Shown here: in pieces, positions 23,392-37,363 of the stretch
Position numbering within the stretch: the stretch's first letter is position 1
Layout of the letters: each line of letters begins with the position of its first letter
The notes under the pieces: model-generated
What the model saw: the letters and a program-made list of their open reading frames with translations, nothing else
Database searches by the model: none
Told to the model about the DNA's origin: nothing
Assembly (NCBI GenBank): GCA_013265495.1
Contig: MU058844.1
Location: 3,477,895 to 3,541,894 of the forward strand
Direction: 5' to 3'
Source of the DNA: Vicugna vicugna
Taxonomy: Eukaryota
DNA: 64,000 bases
Made by a program: the position numbers and the translations under genes

Positions 23392-26300
23392 AAAGATTCC
23401 TAAGATACTGGCCTGTGCACCTGACCCACCAGGTATTTGTACCTGTAACATAAAGTCAGTTGGATCAGGGGATGACAGTGACTCACCCAGCATTTGCAAC
23501 TTTTGAGGCAGCAATCCTATCAATTAAAAGGGGGCTTTTAAGATCTTAATTTAAAAAAAAAAACAACAAAAAAACCCCCAATTCCTTTGTTTTTGTAGGA
23601 TGAAGCTTCTATTCCACACTGGCTCTGTGATTTTTTTTTTTAATTATCCAATGAAATCTTAGTAGAAATACTGGTGCAGAGCTTTTTGAATACAAGATGT
23701 AAATCATCACCACAAAGGCTAAGAATATGAACCAGCAGAAAGAAAGTATCTGATGGGGACTGTGACGTTTCTGGGTAAGTGGCTGGGATGGCTCCTCCAT
23801 TCGGGCAGCACAGACTTGCTTTGAGTCAAAGACACACTCGTTTTCCTGGGTCTCAGCTTGCAGTCAAGAACCTGGTGTGTCTTCCCATGACCACATGGAG
23901 TCTGGGCAGCGCTGGGTGGAGCGTGCCCAGGAGGCGGCCAGTGAGTCAGCAGGGTTGCCCAGGAGGGTGGAACATCCTCTTTGGAAAACACTAGGGACTA
24001 TAACAGACCCAAGGGGAAGAAGACAGGATAAGTGGACAGCGTGGTTGCTGAAGAGCTGATAATTTAACTGCAGGAAAAGAACCTAAATTCAGAGAACTTA
24101 TCAACAGCCACTGGATGATAACTGACACTTACTAACATGGCAAAGCACGACACGGCACACAGGGCCGGTCATCTGTTCCTCGCCTCCACCACCTACCGCA
24201 GGTACCGCCTGTGCCTCCCCCTACTTCCTTTTCCTGCTCAACTTCTACGCATCCCCAAAGACTCTACTCCAGCATCAGCTGTTCCAGGAAACCTCCTGAG
24301 ATCCCACAAACATGTCTGTGTTTGTGCTTCCGCATGCCTAGCTTGACCATTGCCCTTGCCACATTTTTACTAGGATTTTTTTCCACGTGGACTGTGACCT
24401 CCATGAGGGCAGTGATTAGGACTGACGCATCAGCTCCAGGACCAAGCCCAGTGCGAGCAAATACCCAGCAATAGTTAGAGAGCAAATCGATCCACAAATA
24501 ACTGCTGAGGGTTTGCGATGACAAGGAGGGACAACAGCGTAACCAGGGAGAGCTGCTCAGAGGAGAGCTGAGTAACGTTTGCAGGAAGTGGAACTAATTG
24601 GATTGGCAGGAAGAAGACTGGGTATGGGTTTATGGGAAATAGTGGCTGCACTGCTCAGCTCTCATAAAACATCATACGGGGATTAATGAGAATGGAATTA
24701 ATAAGAGAGGAGAGAGAATAGTTGCAGGACGTGGAAGTACTTTGTATTCTGGATTTGATGGGCAGGCCATATAATTCTTTCCATGACTGTAGTTGAGAGA
24801 GTGAGCCAATGCCAGCAGTGCCCTGATCAAATTCTCAACAGACAATCCATATTCGGCTTACTTAAATCCCCTGTGCTTTCAGTTTAATGCAGCATTTCCT
24901 TCACGTCCTGTCCGAAATCCTTATGCGTGTTTCAGCGGTGGCTGCAGATTATGGCCATGCAGGACAGCAAACCTATCCCCATAAAGAGCAAAGGTTTTTT
25001 TTTTTTTTTTAAAAAAAGGCCACAAGTTCTTTATCTTGAAGGAACTTTAATCTCTAGTTTATTATGATTGAGCATCATTTCTCATGTATTTTCGTGTAAT
25101 GGAAAGCCCTTACTCGAGTCCTGCCATCACAACAGCACCATCAGGAAGAGGAAATGAGCAGGGTTGTTAACCAGAACACGCTGTCCCTTTTTAAACATTA
25201 ACCATTGTTCAGGTCTATAGACCTGGCAGCTAAAGGCAGTGATGGGAATCCAGAATCACATGCAAAAAAACCCTACCTGTGGAAAATTTTAGAGTTCCCA
25301 TATCTGTCTTGATCCCTGAGAGTATTACAGCATGTGTATATACACATATACACGTATGCATGTATGTATCTACATACACATGCATATCACATTTAAAAAT
25401 ATATAGCACACATTTCTTAGAGAAATAGAAGTACAACTAAACTGACCTATCTCTTATCTGAAAATAGCTCTATCTGACCCGTGTCATGTTTAGACTGAAG
25501 TCATCCCAACTGACAGCACTGAAGCCAAGGAGACATCACGCCATTAGAGTACGGCTGTGGAAGAAGTCTGTGCTCCACGGGGAGCTCTGTTTCAGCAGTT
25601 ACACAGAACTTGAGCATCCTTGTCACTTGCTGGCCCTGGCTGGGCCCATATGTGTTATCACTGATTTTTATAATTCAAGGAGCACTGTTCGCTGCTCTCC
25701 TGACTTTAATTATTTTTCAGTTAAGTGTGAATCATGGAAACGTTTAAACAATTCTATCAGAAATGTGATGGCTGCAAACCATCAACATCATTGTCATTTT
25801 CTCATCGAGCACTTACGAGGCCAGTTACGGTGCAAATGATTTTTACACATCAGGGCACAGAACGTGGCACTTGCTCCTATTCCTGTACTTCTCAAGGTGA
25901 ATTAAAATACATTATATAAGCATCTGTCTCCACTAAATCCTGCCACCGCTACAGCCCCCGAGTGCAAGGCCTAGGTCTTATTCATTTTGGTCCCCCAGCG
26001 CGCTGCACACATTGGACACTCAATACATGTTTGTTATATAAATAGAAACAACTTGAAGTGACGAAGTCATATTATTTTGGGCTCTTAAAACAATGATTAT
26101 GGTCACGCTATCTTGATACAGTGGTTTGTCTAATAACGAAATCTGGAAACAAACTACATCTCAACATAGGGGAACAGTTAAATATAAGGAATAGAATAAC
26201 TACTTTGTGATATCACGGTGACCTCAGAAGCGAAGATTTGTGAAGAGAAATCTTGTAATCCAGAAACAATTTGCGGCGACGCCATGATACTAAGTTGTAT

Positions 26301-26489
26301 GTATGGTTTGCATACAGTTTGTATGTACAGCAACCGTGTTAAAGAAGATATTTATAGAATTGGAAAAATATCTGAAAAAAAAACCCAACAAAATTCTAAT
26401 GGTAGTTAACGTGGAATAATTGTGGATGTTTTTTCTTATTTTTCACATTTTAATTAAAATCTTATAGTAACAATGTAAACAATTTTAAA

Positions 26490-26760
26490 AGAAGGAGGGT
26501 GGAGGGATAAATTGGGAGTTTGGGATTTGCAAATACTAACTACTGTATACAAAACAGATAGACAACAAGGCCCTGCTGTATAGCCCAGGGAACTATATTC
26601 AGTACCTTATCATAGCCTATAGTGAAAAAGAAAATGAAAAGGAATATATACATATAACTGAATCACTATGCTGTACACCAGAAATTAACATACTGCAAAC
26701 TGACTATACTTCAGTTTAAAAAAAAAGAAAAAAAGAAAAAACTAAAAAAAAAAGAAAACA
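26490..26760 (+). mobile_element. L1 3'UTR fragment with A-rich tail
   Basis: gagggataaattgggagtttgggatt...agggaactatattcagta...gctgtacaccagaaatt, similar to the 54560-54830 region. Confidence 0.85.
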
Positions 26761-27984
26761 GCAATGATAGTGTTTATCATTGGTTAATAAAATAATGGGC
26801 GATATTATTTACTTAGCTGATCCTCAGTGTCAAAAATTTTCCACCATTAACCTATATACTTGCTTAATTAAAGGTTTTCTAAAATAATACAGCAAGATAA
26901 TAGCAGCAAAACCATTAAAATCTGTCTTTTTTTGCCCCCCTCAGTGGTTTAGAAGACCCATTTGGGTCAAATACTATAAACATCTCTGTGGAATTCCTCC
27001 AAATCATGTTTGCTTAAATGAGGGCTCCTCTGACAGCTGTCCCTGTCCTGTTAGCATGCAGCCTGTAAGTAGTACCACTGCTGAAAGGCTGGCTGCTTAA
27101 CTTGAATGCTGGGCTGGTTTACAGGGAGGCAAAGCTTTCTCACGTCTGTTAGACGTGAACTGTACAGTCCAGCGGGCCACACTGCGGGGACAAGGCTGGT
27201 AAAACAGACACAGCCGATACACTTAGCATAACAGAAACACTTCTACCACGAAGGCACTGCCAGGCAGAAGCAGAAATGGCCTGTGTGTCGGGAAAGCTTT
27301 CCTTCTAAGTCTCCTGTTGGGGTTTCAGATTGGAACTTTCCCTAGGCTTTCCACCTTCAGATGATCTCTGGATGTACTGAGTTCTCTTCTTGTTCACCCT
27401 GCCTGGCCACAATTTTATTTATTTTATTTTATTATATAAAACATATAACATATATAATAAAATAAAATAAAGGATGCAATTAGGTACATTATTTCCCCAC
27501 TGCTCTAAGCCTTCTCAGGTCCTTTATTTGTTACTTATTTGTCCCCACAATTCTATCAAAAATATACTGGCATCTTTTGAAGCAGGGTGTCTGTCTTGTT
27601 AGCAGAAAGCTCCTATCTTGTTTTAAATACTCAAGTGTCACTTTGCATAGCTCCTGGGTTCAACTAACCTTTACTGGCCAACATGAGAGTTGCCCAATTT
27701 CTGGTGGGATAAAATGGGACCTTTCCACTGAGTAACAACAAAATACTAATAAATAAATGTACACCCTAAAAGAGCACTGGTTCTGCACAAATTAGAAGAG
27801 ATTATTTGCACACCTAAGGATTAATGATCAATTAGCAGAAGTCCTGATCCTATTAGAAATGCTAATCTCGTGAGAACAGAGAGAACCAACCACCGCGAAA
27901 AGGCTGAGCCGTCCAGGCTGTGCCTGGCCCCACTGTCCTGGTTCTGTGAAAAGGAAGACAAAGGGGAGGGGAAAGAATATGTGC

Positions 27985-28215
27985 TCAGCGCCCACTAGAT
28001 CCCAGACACTGGGCAAGGGGCTCTCACACACTCAGTGTAGTCAATCCTCATGCCAATCCTTCAAAGCAGGATTACAATCAGCCTTGCTCCTGATGGAAAA
28101 CCTGAAGATCAACGAGATTAAGTCACTGGACCTGGGCCACACAGCCAGGAAGTGACAAACCTAGAAGTGAGGGGACTTGAACCCAGGGTTTTATGAGTCC
28201 AAAGTCTGCCATGTT
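27985..28215 (-). mobile_element. MIR SINE
   Basis: gatggaaaacctgaagatcaacgagattaagtcact...cacacagccaggaagtg...ggacttgaacccagg. Confidence 0.7.
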
Positions 28216-28949
28216 CTCGTTACAGCAATTGCGGGGTTTGGTTAGATAGTCGGTGGCAACGTTCAGGTTATTAAAGACCAAAGAGCAAGGTACAGGTCAC
28301 CTCTGCAAGGCTGAATCCTGCCGTGACTCCAGGACTCACTCCTACGCTGACTTTATCACATATATTTGAAATGAGAAGTCACGTTATCCCGGATGGACTT
28401 CAGCATGTCATGACCTTTGGCATCAGGATTTATGGCCACGGCCCTAATGCTGACCATGTGACCCTGTGTCTTTTGAGCAGGGGCTGGCCCATGAGTAGAA
28501 AGGGCTTGAGGACCGAGGAGCCATTCTCTCTCCCTAACCAACTTACATTTTTCTGGAAATTCCACCATTATAAAATCATTCCTTAGGATGTGCTTTCTCC
28601 TCTCCAGAATATCCTACTGAAGTACACAGACCCCTAAAAAGGCAACACCTGAAACTTCTTTAGTACCCAGCATCCTGGCAGGAGGTAGATGGGTGAGGCC
28701 TGGAGGCCGGGTACTCCAATAAAAAACCAGGTAGGAGAGTTTTAGAAAAGAAATTTCTCCTTTACTGCATCCTCCCTCACCTTGTGTTCAGTCCTGTCTG
28801 TATGTTTCAATTTTTCTCTTGATAAAGTATCAGTAATCATGAGACACTGGGGACATGAGTTTAAATCAACCAGAAATGGAAACATGAAATGGACTCAAAT
28901 GATTGGTTTCATAGAACCACAAACCAAACTAACTTTTAACATTTGTATT

Positions 28950-29420
28950 TTTAATAAACATTTAATTTTAGAATTGTTTCAGATTTACAGAAAAGTTGTG
29001 GAGATACTAGAGAGAGTTCGCATTTATCTTACACCAGTTTCTCCTATTGGTGACATCTGACATCAGCACGGCACACCTGTCACAACTGAGGAACCCAAAG
29101 TGGTATCACATTACAGACCAAAGACTGTACTTTGTTCAGACTTCCTTAGTTTTCACCTAATGTCCTTTTCTGTTTCCATCCAGCTGTCATGTCTCTTTCA
29201 GCTCCTCTAGACTGTCACAGTTTCTCAGACTTTCCCTATTTGTGATGATCTTGACAGCTGAGGAGTACTGGCCAGGTAATATAGAAAATGTTTCAATTTG
29301 GGTTTATGCGACATTTTTCTCATGGTTAGTCGTGGGCTTTGGGGGGGACAACCTCAGAAGGAAAGTGCCTGTCTCATCACACCATTTCGAGGGTACCTGA
29401 CAGACCACTGCTGACTGAAC
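28950..29420 (-). mobile_element. L1MC/MD-like 3' fragment
   Basis: ttttagaattgtttcagatttacagaaaagttg...cagtttctcagactttcc...gaggagtactggccaggta. Confidence 0.7.
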
Positions 29421-31699
29421 ATTTATTTTTAAAGAAAATAAATCATGTGACAAGCCAGTCTGAACCAGAGCCAGACCTGTCCATTTTTTAAAATGACTGA
29501 ACACACACAAACTCAGATCACCAAACTCTCTTGAAACAAATTCATGTTTCCTTTAGTCCAAGTTTCTGGCTATAACATTTGTGCAAGCTCCTTTTGCAGA
29601 AAACATTTGGCACTCCTAAGAAAAAAATGGCTGTCTTAAATATAGAATGTAGTTAAGATGTTACGTATGAAGAATGTCACTGAACCGTCTGCGAGTGAGA
29701 GCTGTCGTTCCCGAACACCAGCTGTGGAACCCTGCCTGCTGAGCCCGCAGGCCCCAGGTCCCTGGAAGGCAATATTAGCAATGAACCAGATTTCCACACT
29801 TCCCGCCTCCCCTGAATTCACAGCATTGCCAAACTGCCGGGCTGCTGCTAGGAGTCGGCCCCATTACCTTGTAGGGAAAGTGCTGGCAGAGCCACCTTCC
29901 CTTTGTGTTGCATAAGAACATCATCTTCATTTCAGCGATTTAACTCTGATTAAATTTAGACGTCAGCCTTTAAAGTTCTCTGAGAAGCTTTTAAACTCAG
30001 AAAGGGAAGAGGCATGCCAGTGGGTTCTCTGCAATCCCTTCCTACAGGCTCCTTTCAGAGCAGCTGGCTGAAGCCCGGCATCACTCAGAGAGCAGCCGTT
30101 TTCCAGGCAGGGAGGTGCCTGGTTGGTGCGGCTTCTCCCACTCTGCCCGGCCCTCTGGGGGAAGGCGGTGGGGGCTCCCTGCACCACCTGCATCTTTCTA
30201 GTTTCAATTACTTCCTTCACTTTCTAGATTCTCAGGTAAATATAGTCTGCAGTGGGTTTTTTTTTTTAATTTCACTTTTATTACTCATTTATTTTGGCTC
30301 TTTCAATTTTTCCTCTCTTGCTAAATAAACCATCCTATATTTTTCCTCTTCCTGTTTTGGCCCTCCCGTCCCCAGCCCTTGTGCTTTCACTGAACACCCA
30401 AGGCTGTTGCCCCTGATGAGTGTGCTTTCCTGTGCTCTCCACTGCCTTCTTGCCATTAGGGGGAGTGCAGGGGGGCCAGGATGCGATGGCACAGCCTTCT
30501 TCCCTGCCCGGGGCTGAGGCAGGCCCGCTGCGGGGACACATATGGTCCCTTCCCCCGGTCTCCTCCCCACACCCCTTTTAATTTGTTCTCCTAACAATCT
30601 CAAGGGTCTCACTGCATCAAATTGCATTTTAGGGTTTTCATCCCATGTGTTCTGCACGCTCACCGTGCAGAAAACTAAGCAGAACTACCAAATGACCTAA
30701 AACGAGGTCCTGGGAATCCCTGCAGTGGGTTATGGCCACTGCAGATGGCACCGTCTTCCACTTACGAGGGTCCTAAAAGGATGTGTAAGAAGGAGTTTTG
30801 TAATCAGGCCCATACGCTCCAGGCTTCGTTACCAGGACAGATCTTCCACATTACACAATCCCCAGGTGCTTTGATCTCTGCTGTCCTGGTCAGTATACTC
30901 AGCTGGATAAATAACATTAGTCCAAGCACAGCTTCCTGGACACATGGTAAAAGGTGATAATGTCTTACATCTTCTAGAAGCACAGGTGCTTCAGATCAAT
31001 GAGGCAAATCTTGTGGAAACAACTAATGCTAAGCCAAAAAAGCTTTTATGTTCACAGGTTCAGAACTGGAAGGTAAAAGGAATTTTCTGGGAGCGAAAAA
31101 TATTCCCTTTAGAGTTAATGGATTCAGCGTGGTTTGCTGTGCTCTTAAAAAAGAAGAAAAGAAAAACAACCAAAACAACAAAAGTAATAAAACCTGCACC
31201 ATCACCATCAGCTTATTACAACAGTTAACTTTCTGCTTATGAGATTTTCAAAGACGACTCCCCTGAAAGCTTGACATAAATACACTATTATGAAACAGAC
31301 GATCATTCTCCAGGTTTGCTCTTATCAGAACAGATCCAGGTGGAACGGGAGACTCCTACTGGAAAATGGCTCACTTCCTATTGTTTAGAAATGTTTCTCA
31401 TGACTGACTAGATAGCTTCATAATTGGGTTCATGAGGATAAATTTGTCAAGATTCCACTCCACGTGGCATGGATATTCTCAACTCAAACTCTCAAAAGAT
31501 ACTCCTCTGTACATTCATAGGCAAATACCAAAAGACTCATTCTAGCTTTTCTCCAGTTGGGAGCGGTGATGTAGAAGCAGGTCTCATTCTGTTGGTAAAG
31601 ACTATTGTGTGACTTTAAGCAGATCCTTTATCGTCAGGGTCTCTGCACTCTCGTGCTTAGACTAGGGTCTAGCCCTAATAATCTGTGTCCCTAATTAAA

Positions 31700-31945
31700 G
31701 CAGTGATGAGGAAAGAGGGTTCTGCAGTCAAATAGCTGTGGTTTCAAATAGTGGCTCCACCCTAAAGCAGTTATGTATTGTTGGACAAAACAGATAACCT
31801 TTTGGAGCCTCAATTTCCTCATCTGTATAATGGTTACAATAATAGCACCTTCCTAAAAAGGTTGGGGGTAAAGGTTAAATGAGATGATTACATGAAACAC
31901 TTAGCTTAGGGCCTGGTATTATAGGTGCTGGATAAATGTTAGCTC
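31700..31945 (+). mobile_element. MIR SINE
   Basis: Core gagcctcaatttcctcatctgtataatgg...ggttaaatgagatgat...cacttagc. Confidence 0.8.
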
Positions 31946-33339
31946 TCATTCATGGAGGCCACATTATTACAATAAGTGGTTTATCTCTATGTGGTTTCCA
32001 CCTTTTTCACTGAATTGATCAACTGTTCTTGGGATGGAGCAGGTGGATGAGCTATGGAAGACCGAGACGCTTACTGTTATAAATTCAGAGGCATCAGCAT
32101 TCCTGCTTCTAGGGTTTATGATGCAAAACAATAATTAGGTGTGTTGTGTCCTCTCTGGACGGCTTCCAATGAACACGACTATCTACTAGGAAAGCAAATG
32201 TCCCATGGGAAATGTGGGTTTTTTTTTCCTGAATGGTTTCTGAGCCAGGATGAATAAGGTTTAAAAATAATAATTTTGGACAAATGATAATAGATTATAG
32301 GGGCATGTACCTTCTAGAAGTGTATGCCTGTCAGGGGAAATGTTTTCTGTCCCAATCAAAATATTACATCTAATCCCAATCAAACAGCAGCAGAGCACTT
32401 TGTCATAGATGAAAAACCCAGCAGTGAGTTAGGTGGAAGGGGGGACGTGAGGCCCGTGGTGCTGGTCAGGGAAGGGGAGGCCAGGCTTCTGGCCCACTTA
32501 AGCTAGCCTAGAACACTTGTGAAAGTGTGAACCTCAGTGTTGTCATCTGCAAAATCAGGATATTGCCTGCCCCGCCCTGGTCACAGGACCAAAGGAGATC
32601 AAGTGCAGAAAGGGCTCTGCAAAACCATGGAACATTCCACAGACGCAAGGTACTCATTTAGATTCCCAAGGAGAAAAACAAATACTGAACTAAGTCATTG
32701 GAAGCAAAAGCCTCCCTGAAAGATATTCATTCTCTGAATTTATTCAAAATCAAAGATTTCCTATTTTGATTTTCCTCATATGAAGTGTACCAAACACATC
32801 GCTACTTCACACAAACAACCATTTCCACCCAGGGAAGTAAGGACACCCGAATCCCCTTCTCCCATTGGACAGACCCAGGCGCTACCTATGGGCCAAGCAG
32901 ACCTGAAATCACATTTGCTTTGGTCTCCCTCCTCGATGGCAAGCACCTTACCTGCCCAGTTCATCAGTACCTGGTCCAGGACAGCACAGAGAGAGAATAT
33001 ATTCTGTATGTATACAGAATAAGCACTCAGCAGATGTTTGCTGAATGAGAGATGACACAGAGATTCTTCCCTACTAGGCTGCTACAGTGGTGTCTGCAGC
33101 AAAAGCAAACAATGGAAGAAGAAGAACGGAGAGATGGAAGGAGAAAAAGGAGGAAGAGGAGAAATTTTAACATTTAACATGAGGACTCTGGTCAAGGTTT
33201 CAGGAACTCCCTCTCCCATGCACCCCTTTCCCGGCTCCCTCTTGCACCCTAAACTCCATGGGGAGAAGGCTAGTCACTGCTGATTCAGGATACTTTTCAA
33301 ACCAAAGCTGAAAACAACTTCAAAAGAATATGACATCTT

Positions 33340-34247
33340 GAACAAGCAATTCTCCAAGGAAGACATACAAATGATCAATAGGCACATGAAAAAATGCTCA
33401 ATATCACTAATTATCAGAGAAATGCAAATCAAAACTACAATGAGGTATCACCTCACACAAGTCAGAATGGCCATCATTCAAAAATCCACAAATGACAAAT
33501 GCTGGAGAGGCTGTGGAGAAAAGGGAACCCTCCTACACTGCTGGTGGGAATGCAGTTTGGTGCAGCCACTGTGGAAAACAGTATGGAGATTCCTCAAAAG
33601 ACTAGGAATAGACTTACCATATGACCCAGGAATCCTGCTCCTGGGCATATATCCAGAAGGAACCCTACTTCAAAATGACACCTGCACCCCAATGTTCATA
33701 GCAGCACTATTTACAATAGCCAAGACATGGAAACAGCCTAAATGTGTATCAATAGATGCCTGGATAAAGAAGATGTGGTATATTTATAAAGTGGAATACT
33801 ATTCAGCCATAAAAACCGACAACATAACGCCATTTGCAGCAACACGGATGCTTCTAGAGAATGTCATTCTAAGTGAAGTAAGCCAGAAAGAGAAAGAAAA
33901 ATACCATATGAGATCGCTCATATGTGGAATCTAAAAAACAAAAACAAACAAACAAAGCATAAATACAAAACAGAAATAGACTTATAGACATAGAATACAA
34001 ACTTGTGGTTGTCAAGGGGGTGGAGGGTGGAAAGGGACAGACGGGATTTCAAAATTGTAGAACAGATAAACAAGATTATACTGTATAGCACAGGGAAATA
34101 TACAGAAGATCTTATGGTAGCTCACAGAGAAAAAAATGTGACAATGAATATATATATGTTCATGTATAACTGAAAAATTGTGCTCTACACTGGAATTCGA
34201 CACAACATTGTAAAATGATTATAAATCAATAAAAAATTTAAAAAAAA
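33340..34247 (+). mobile_element. Young 5'-truncated L1 with open ORF2 C-terminus, 3'UTR, poly(A) and TSD
   Basis: ORF 33338-33934 (198 aa) with [30 protein letters not shown] and the ICGI* end. 18-bp TSD aaaagaat(a/g)tgacatctt at 33322-33339 and ~34248-34265. Confidence 0.95.
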
Positions 34248-34869
34248 AAAAGAATGTGACATCTTAAGGATACCAAATGCCATGACCAGGAGATGCTTAT
34301 AGGGAAGTAAAATACAGTCTGATTCTTCTTCAGTTGCTGTCGTGCAGAAACAGTGGTTCCAACTGACTTTAAAATTGCTGCCTGAATGAAGGAATGAGGA
34401 TCTTCTGGGAAATGCAGGCTTCTAATGGAGGGTTGTGGTTTGAAAAGGTTCCCACGCAGTGATTTTTAAAATGCCCATTGACCTCACTGCAGCGGCTGCT
34501 TTTCCATCATAATCTGTTATATAATTACTGTGAAACTTTGGCGCTGCCTCTTACAAAACCGATTTAAACTTATCCACCTAGACCAGCATCACTGACCTTT
34601 TTCTAGAATCTGTGGGGCTTATTGGAATTGCACTGGCAGAGCTAGAGAATCTGGGTGATTTCAACAAAATTAACCTCGGGAAAATTGGTTCAAGGGCTCC
34701 TTTTCCTTCCCAGGCTTGCGAGGGATGCTGTAAAGCCAACACTTGAATTTGAATGGCTTGAGAAAAATTGAGTTTGGTGCCTTAGTAAGTGTTTGACCCC
34801 AACTGCCTCTCACCACTTTTCAAATCATTGCATATTAAAGCCTGCAGCATGTGAGAAGCTATTTTAGTC

Positions 34870-35200
34870 CGAATCCTGTGATGGAAATAACAGAAGCAGA
34901 GTCTGGATATCTTAAGCAAACAAATGAATTTACTGGAAGGATACAGCAGAGCTCACAGAGCAGAAGGAGAAGCTGAGAAGTGGCTTTGTAAAAGGATGAG
35001 AGAAGCTCTAGGAATTCAGGTGTTAGGAACCACCAGTTCCTTTGGCCATTGTTACCAGAGCAAATGATTTAGAAGCATTCTCAGTTTTTGTGTCACTTCC
35101 CTCCACACTGAAATTCCGGGTCAAGAGCATCTGGGAGACCCAGTTCCAGTTACGTGTGCGGCCTCCCCGTGGGGTAGGCACCAGCATGGACCAGCACTGC
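34870..35200. mobile_element. Possible old MaLR (MLT1-like) LTR fragment
   Basis: aacagaagcagagtctgg...cttaagcaaa...gaatttactggaaggata...agctcacaga resembles MLT1 termini. Confidence 0.4.
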
Positions 35201-37363
35201 TCCTGCTGGGAAACGCGGGTCTCCAGGGAACAGGCCAGGCCCCCCCCCCCCCCCCCCCCCACTGGAGCGGCCTGGCAGGCGGGGAGAGCAGTGCTGAAGG
35301 CAGAGCCCTGGCGTGGGTCCTCCTGTTCTTACTCGCCCTCCTCCAGCTCCGCCTCTCCCTCGCCGCCCCCCGCCCGCACCGAGCTAGCACGCCAGCCACG
35401 CCCACAGCAGGACCCCCCTCCCCCAACAGCCTCGGAGGTGCGAGTGGCTTAGAGTTTTTGCAAAAGGAGAAAAATGGGTAAAAGGAATAACACTGGAGAG
35501 AGGAGTGGGTATCATGCCCTCCTTTCGAGCTGCTGAGTTGGTTTCAGTTCTCCTCGGGCTGACACATTTTTTATTTCATTTGAGGAAAACTCAAATGATA
35601 CTGCTACTGCAGTACTACTGAATCTGCTATTTGTGATTCTGTTTAAGTGTGAGGAGAAAACAAAGATACAGTAATAGCCAATGATTTTTTAAATTCCTTT
35701 CCTAGAACTGACTTCTCTAAACTTTATTACATCATTCAATTAATTATAACATGTGTAATTAATTTATAATGTTCTTTTATTGATGAGACAAACAACAACA
35801 AAAAATGGAGGGTGTCAAAGAAGTAGAGAGAGTGCTATCAGGTGATACAATCTAACAATCTACCATGCACCCGGGACTTCATCCCAGTGCAGCCCAGGAA
35901 TGGAAATAAACGGCACACCCTGGAGAAGAAACCTCTTCCAGTATTACGCCCGACAGGGTCTAGTTTGGAGAATATCCAACTCTGCTGTTGCTTCACAAAA
36001 TCTAAGGGCTTGTATCTCTCTTGTCTGTTACATCTTTTAAAGCTTTGGGATGTTTTACACAGTTCAGTAGAAAGTTAATAATCAACTTTGATTCATGTTA
36101 TAAGAGCAAACCAGTGTGCTCCTCCTGCTTTTCTCTTTTCCCTTTCAGTTCAAATTCCCTCCTCTAGCCCTGCAAATTTCCCTCATGCCTCTGTCACTAC
36201 AAGCCCACCAAAGCAGAATGGAGCCGATGTTCACCAGACACCTGTCGCACAAGCACGACAAGTGTCTGCATGTATGTGTTCACTTACACTTGTAGTATCT
36301 TCAGTGAACATGTGTGCAACCCAAGATCCAGCGAGGCTGGAAAACGTTTCCAGGGTCACACAGCTAGTCATTGGTAAGTTCATGTTGGAACCTATGTCTG
36401 TGTGATTTCAAAGCACATTCTTTCCACTGAATTATGTCAATTAAGACAGTTAGATATCAGTTCAGCAGGACCTACTACATACCCCAGGAACACATGCATG
36501 CTAGGAGTTCCTGAAGACCAAAATGCTAGAAGAGATGGCTGAATGGAAGCAGAAAGAATCTTGTATCTGACATACAGTCTCTTGGTCCTCTCTCTTTCCC
36601 GTGGGGAGAACCCAGAGGGTGAGGGAGCCGACTGAGTACCACTGAGTTCAGTGTTGAGTGGCTTAGGTCAGGGAGAAGGATCACCACAGGCTGGGAAACC
36701 ATAAAGTAACTGTGGAATCTTATAGATTGGACAAAACAAAGGTTTCATTTAAACGGACACTGATTCATTCTTTCACACAATGAGTATTTATTGTTGGTGT
36801 CTATGAGTGTCTACAAGGGGCAGGCAACCAGAGATGAATAAGGCACGGTTCTCCCTCCAAGGACTTCAGTGTCTACTGGGAAGAGAGTGAAGTTAAGAAG
36901 CTGTCAGAGGACACTAGGATAATATATATTTTCACTGCATTTAGATGCCCCTTCTATAATCAGTGTATCATAGGCACATGCTGGGTTTTGACCACGCCAT
37001 TATTCACTTCAATTTGACTTGCTTTGGAAGGATCGCCTCTCCCTCCCTGGAAGGTCTGGTGAGACTGTTAAACCTTGCTGTCCTCAACCCTCTGCTCACC
37101 AACAAACAGCCCCCTCACCTCAGCTGGAACATTTACTCCCTGGAATGAAAACCTTGAAAAGAGGATAGAAAGATAGAAAAAAATCTGCAGAAATGACAGA
37201 AGATCATTCATTCTGGGGCAGGGCACTGACAACAGTGCTGAATGGTTCCTAAACTTATCCCATCCCCTCCCCCGCCAGTTGGTTTTTTTTTTTTTTTAAT
37301 CAATTTCAGAGTCTTCTGGTCCCCCTAGAGGGCTGACAAAAATCCTTCTGATAAAGTCACCCC

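Noticed and set aside
33338..33934. 198-aa ORF as a host gene
   Set aside because: It is the C-terminus of L1 ORF2p in a 5'-truncated copy with no promoter.
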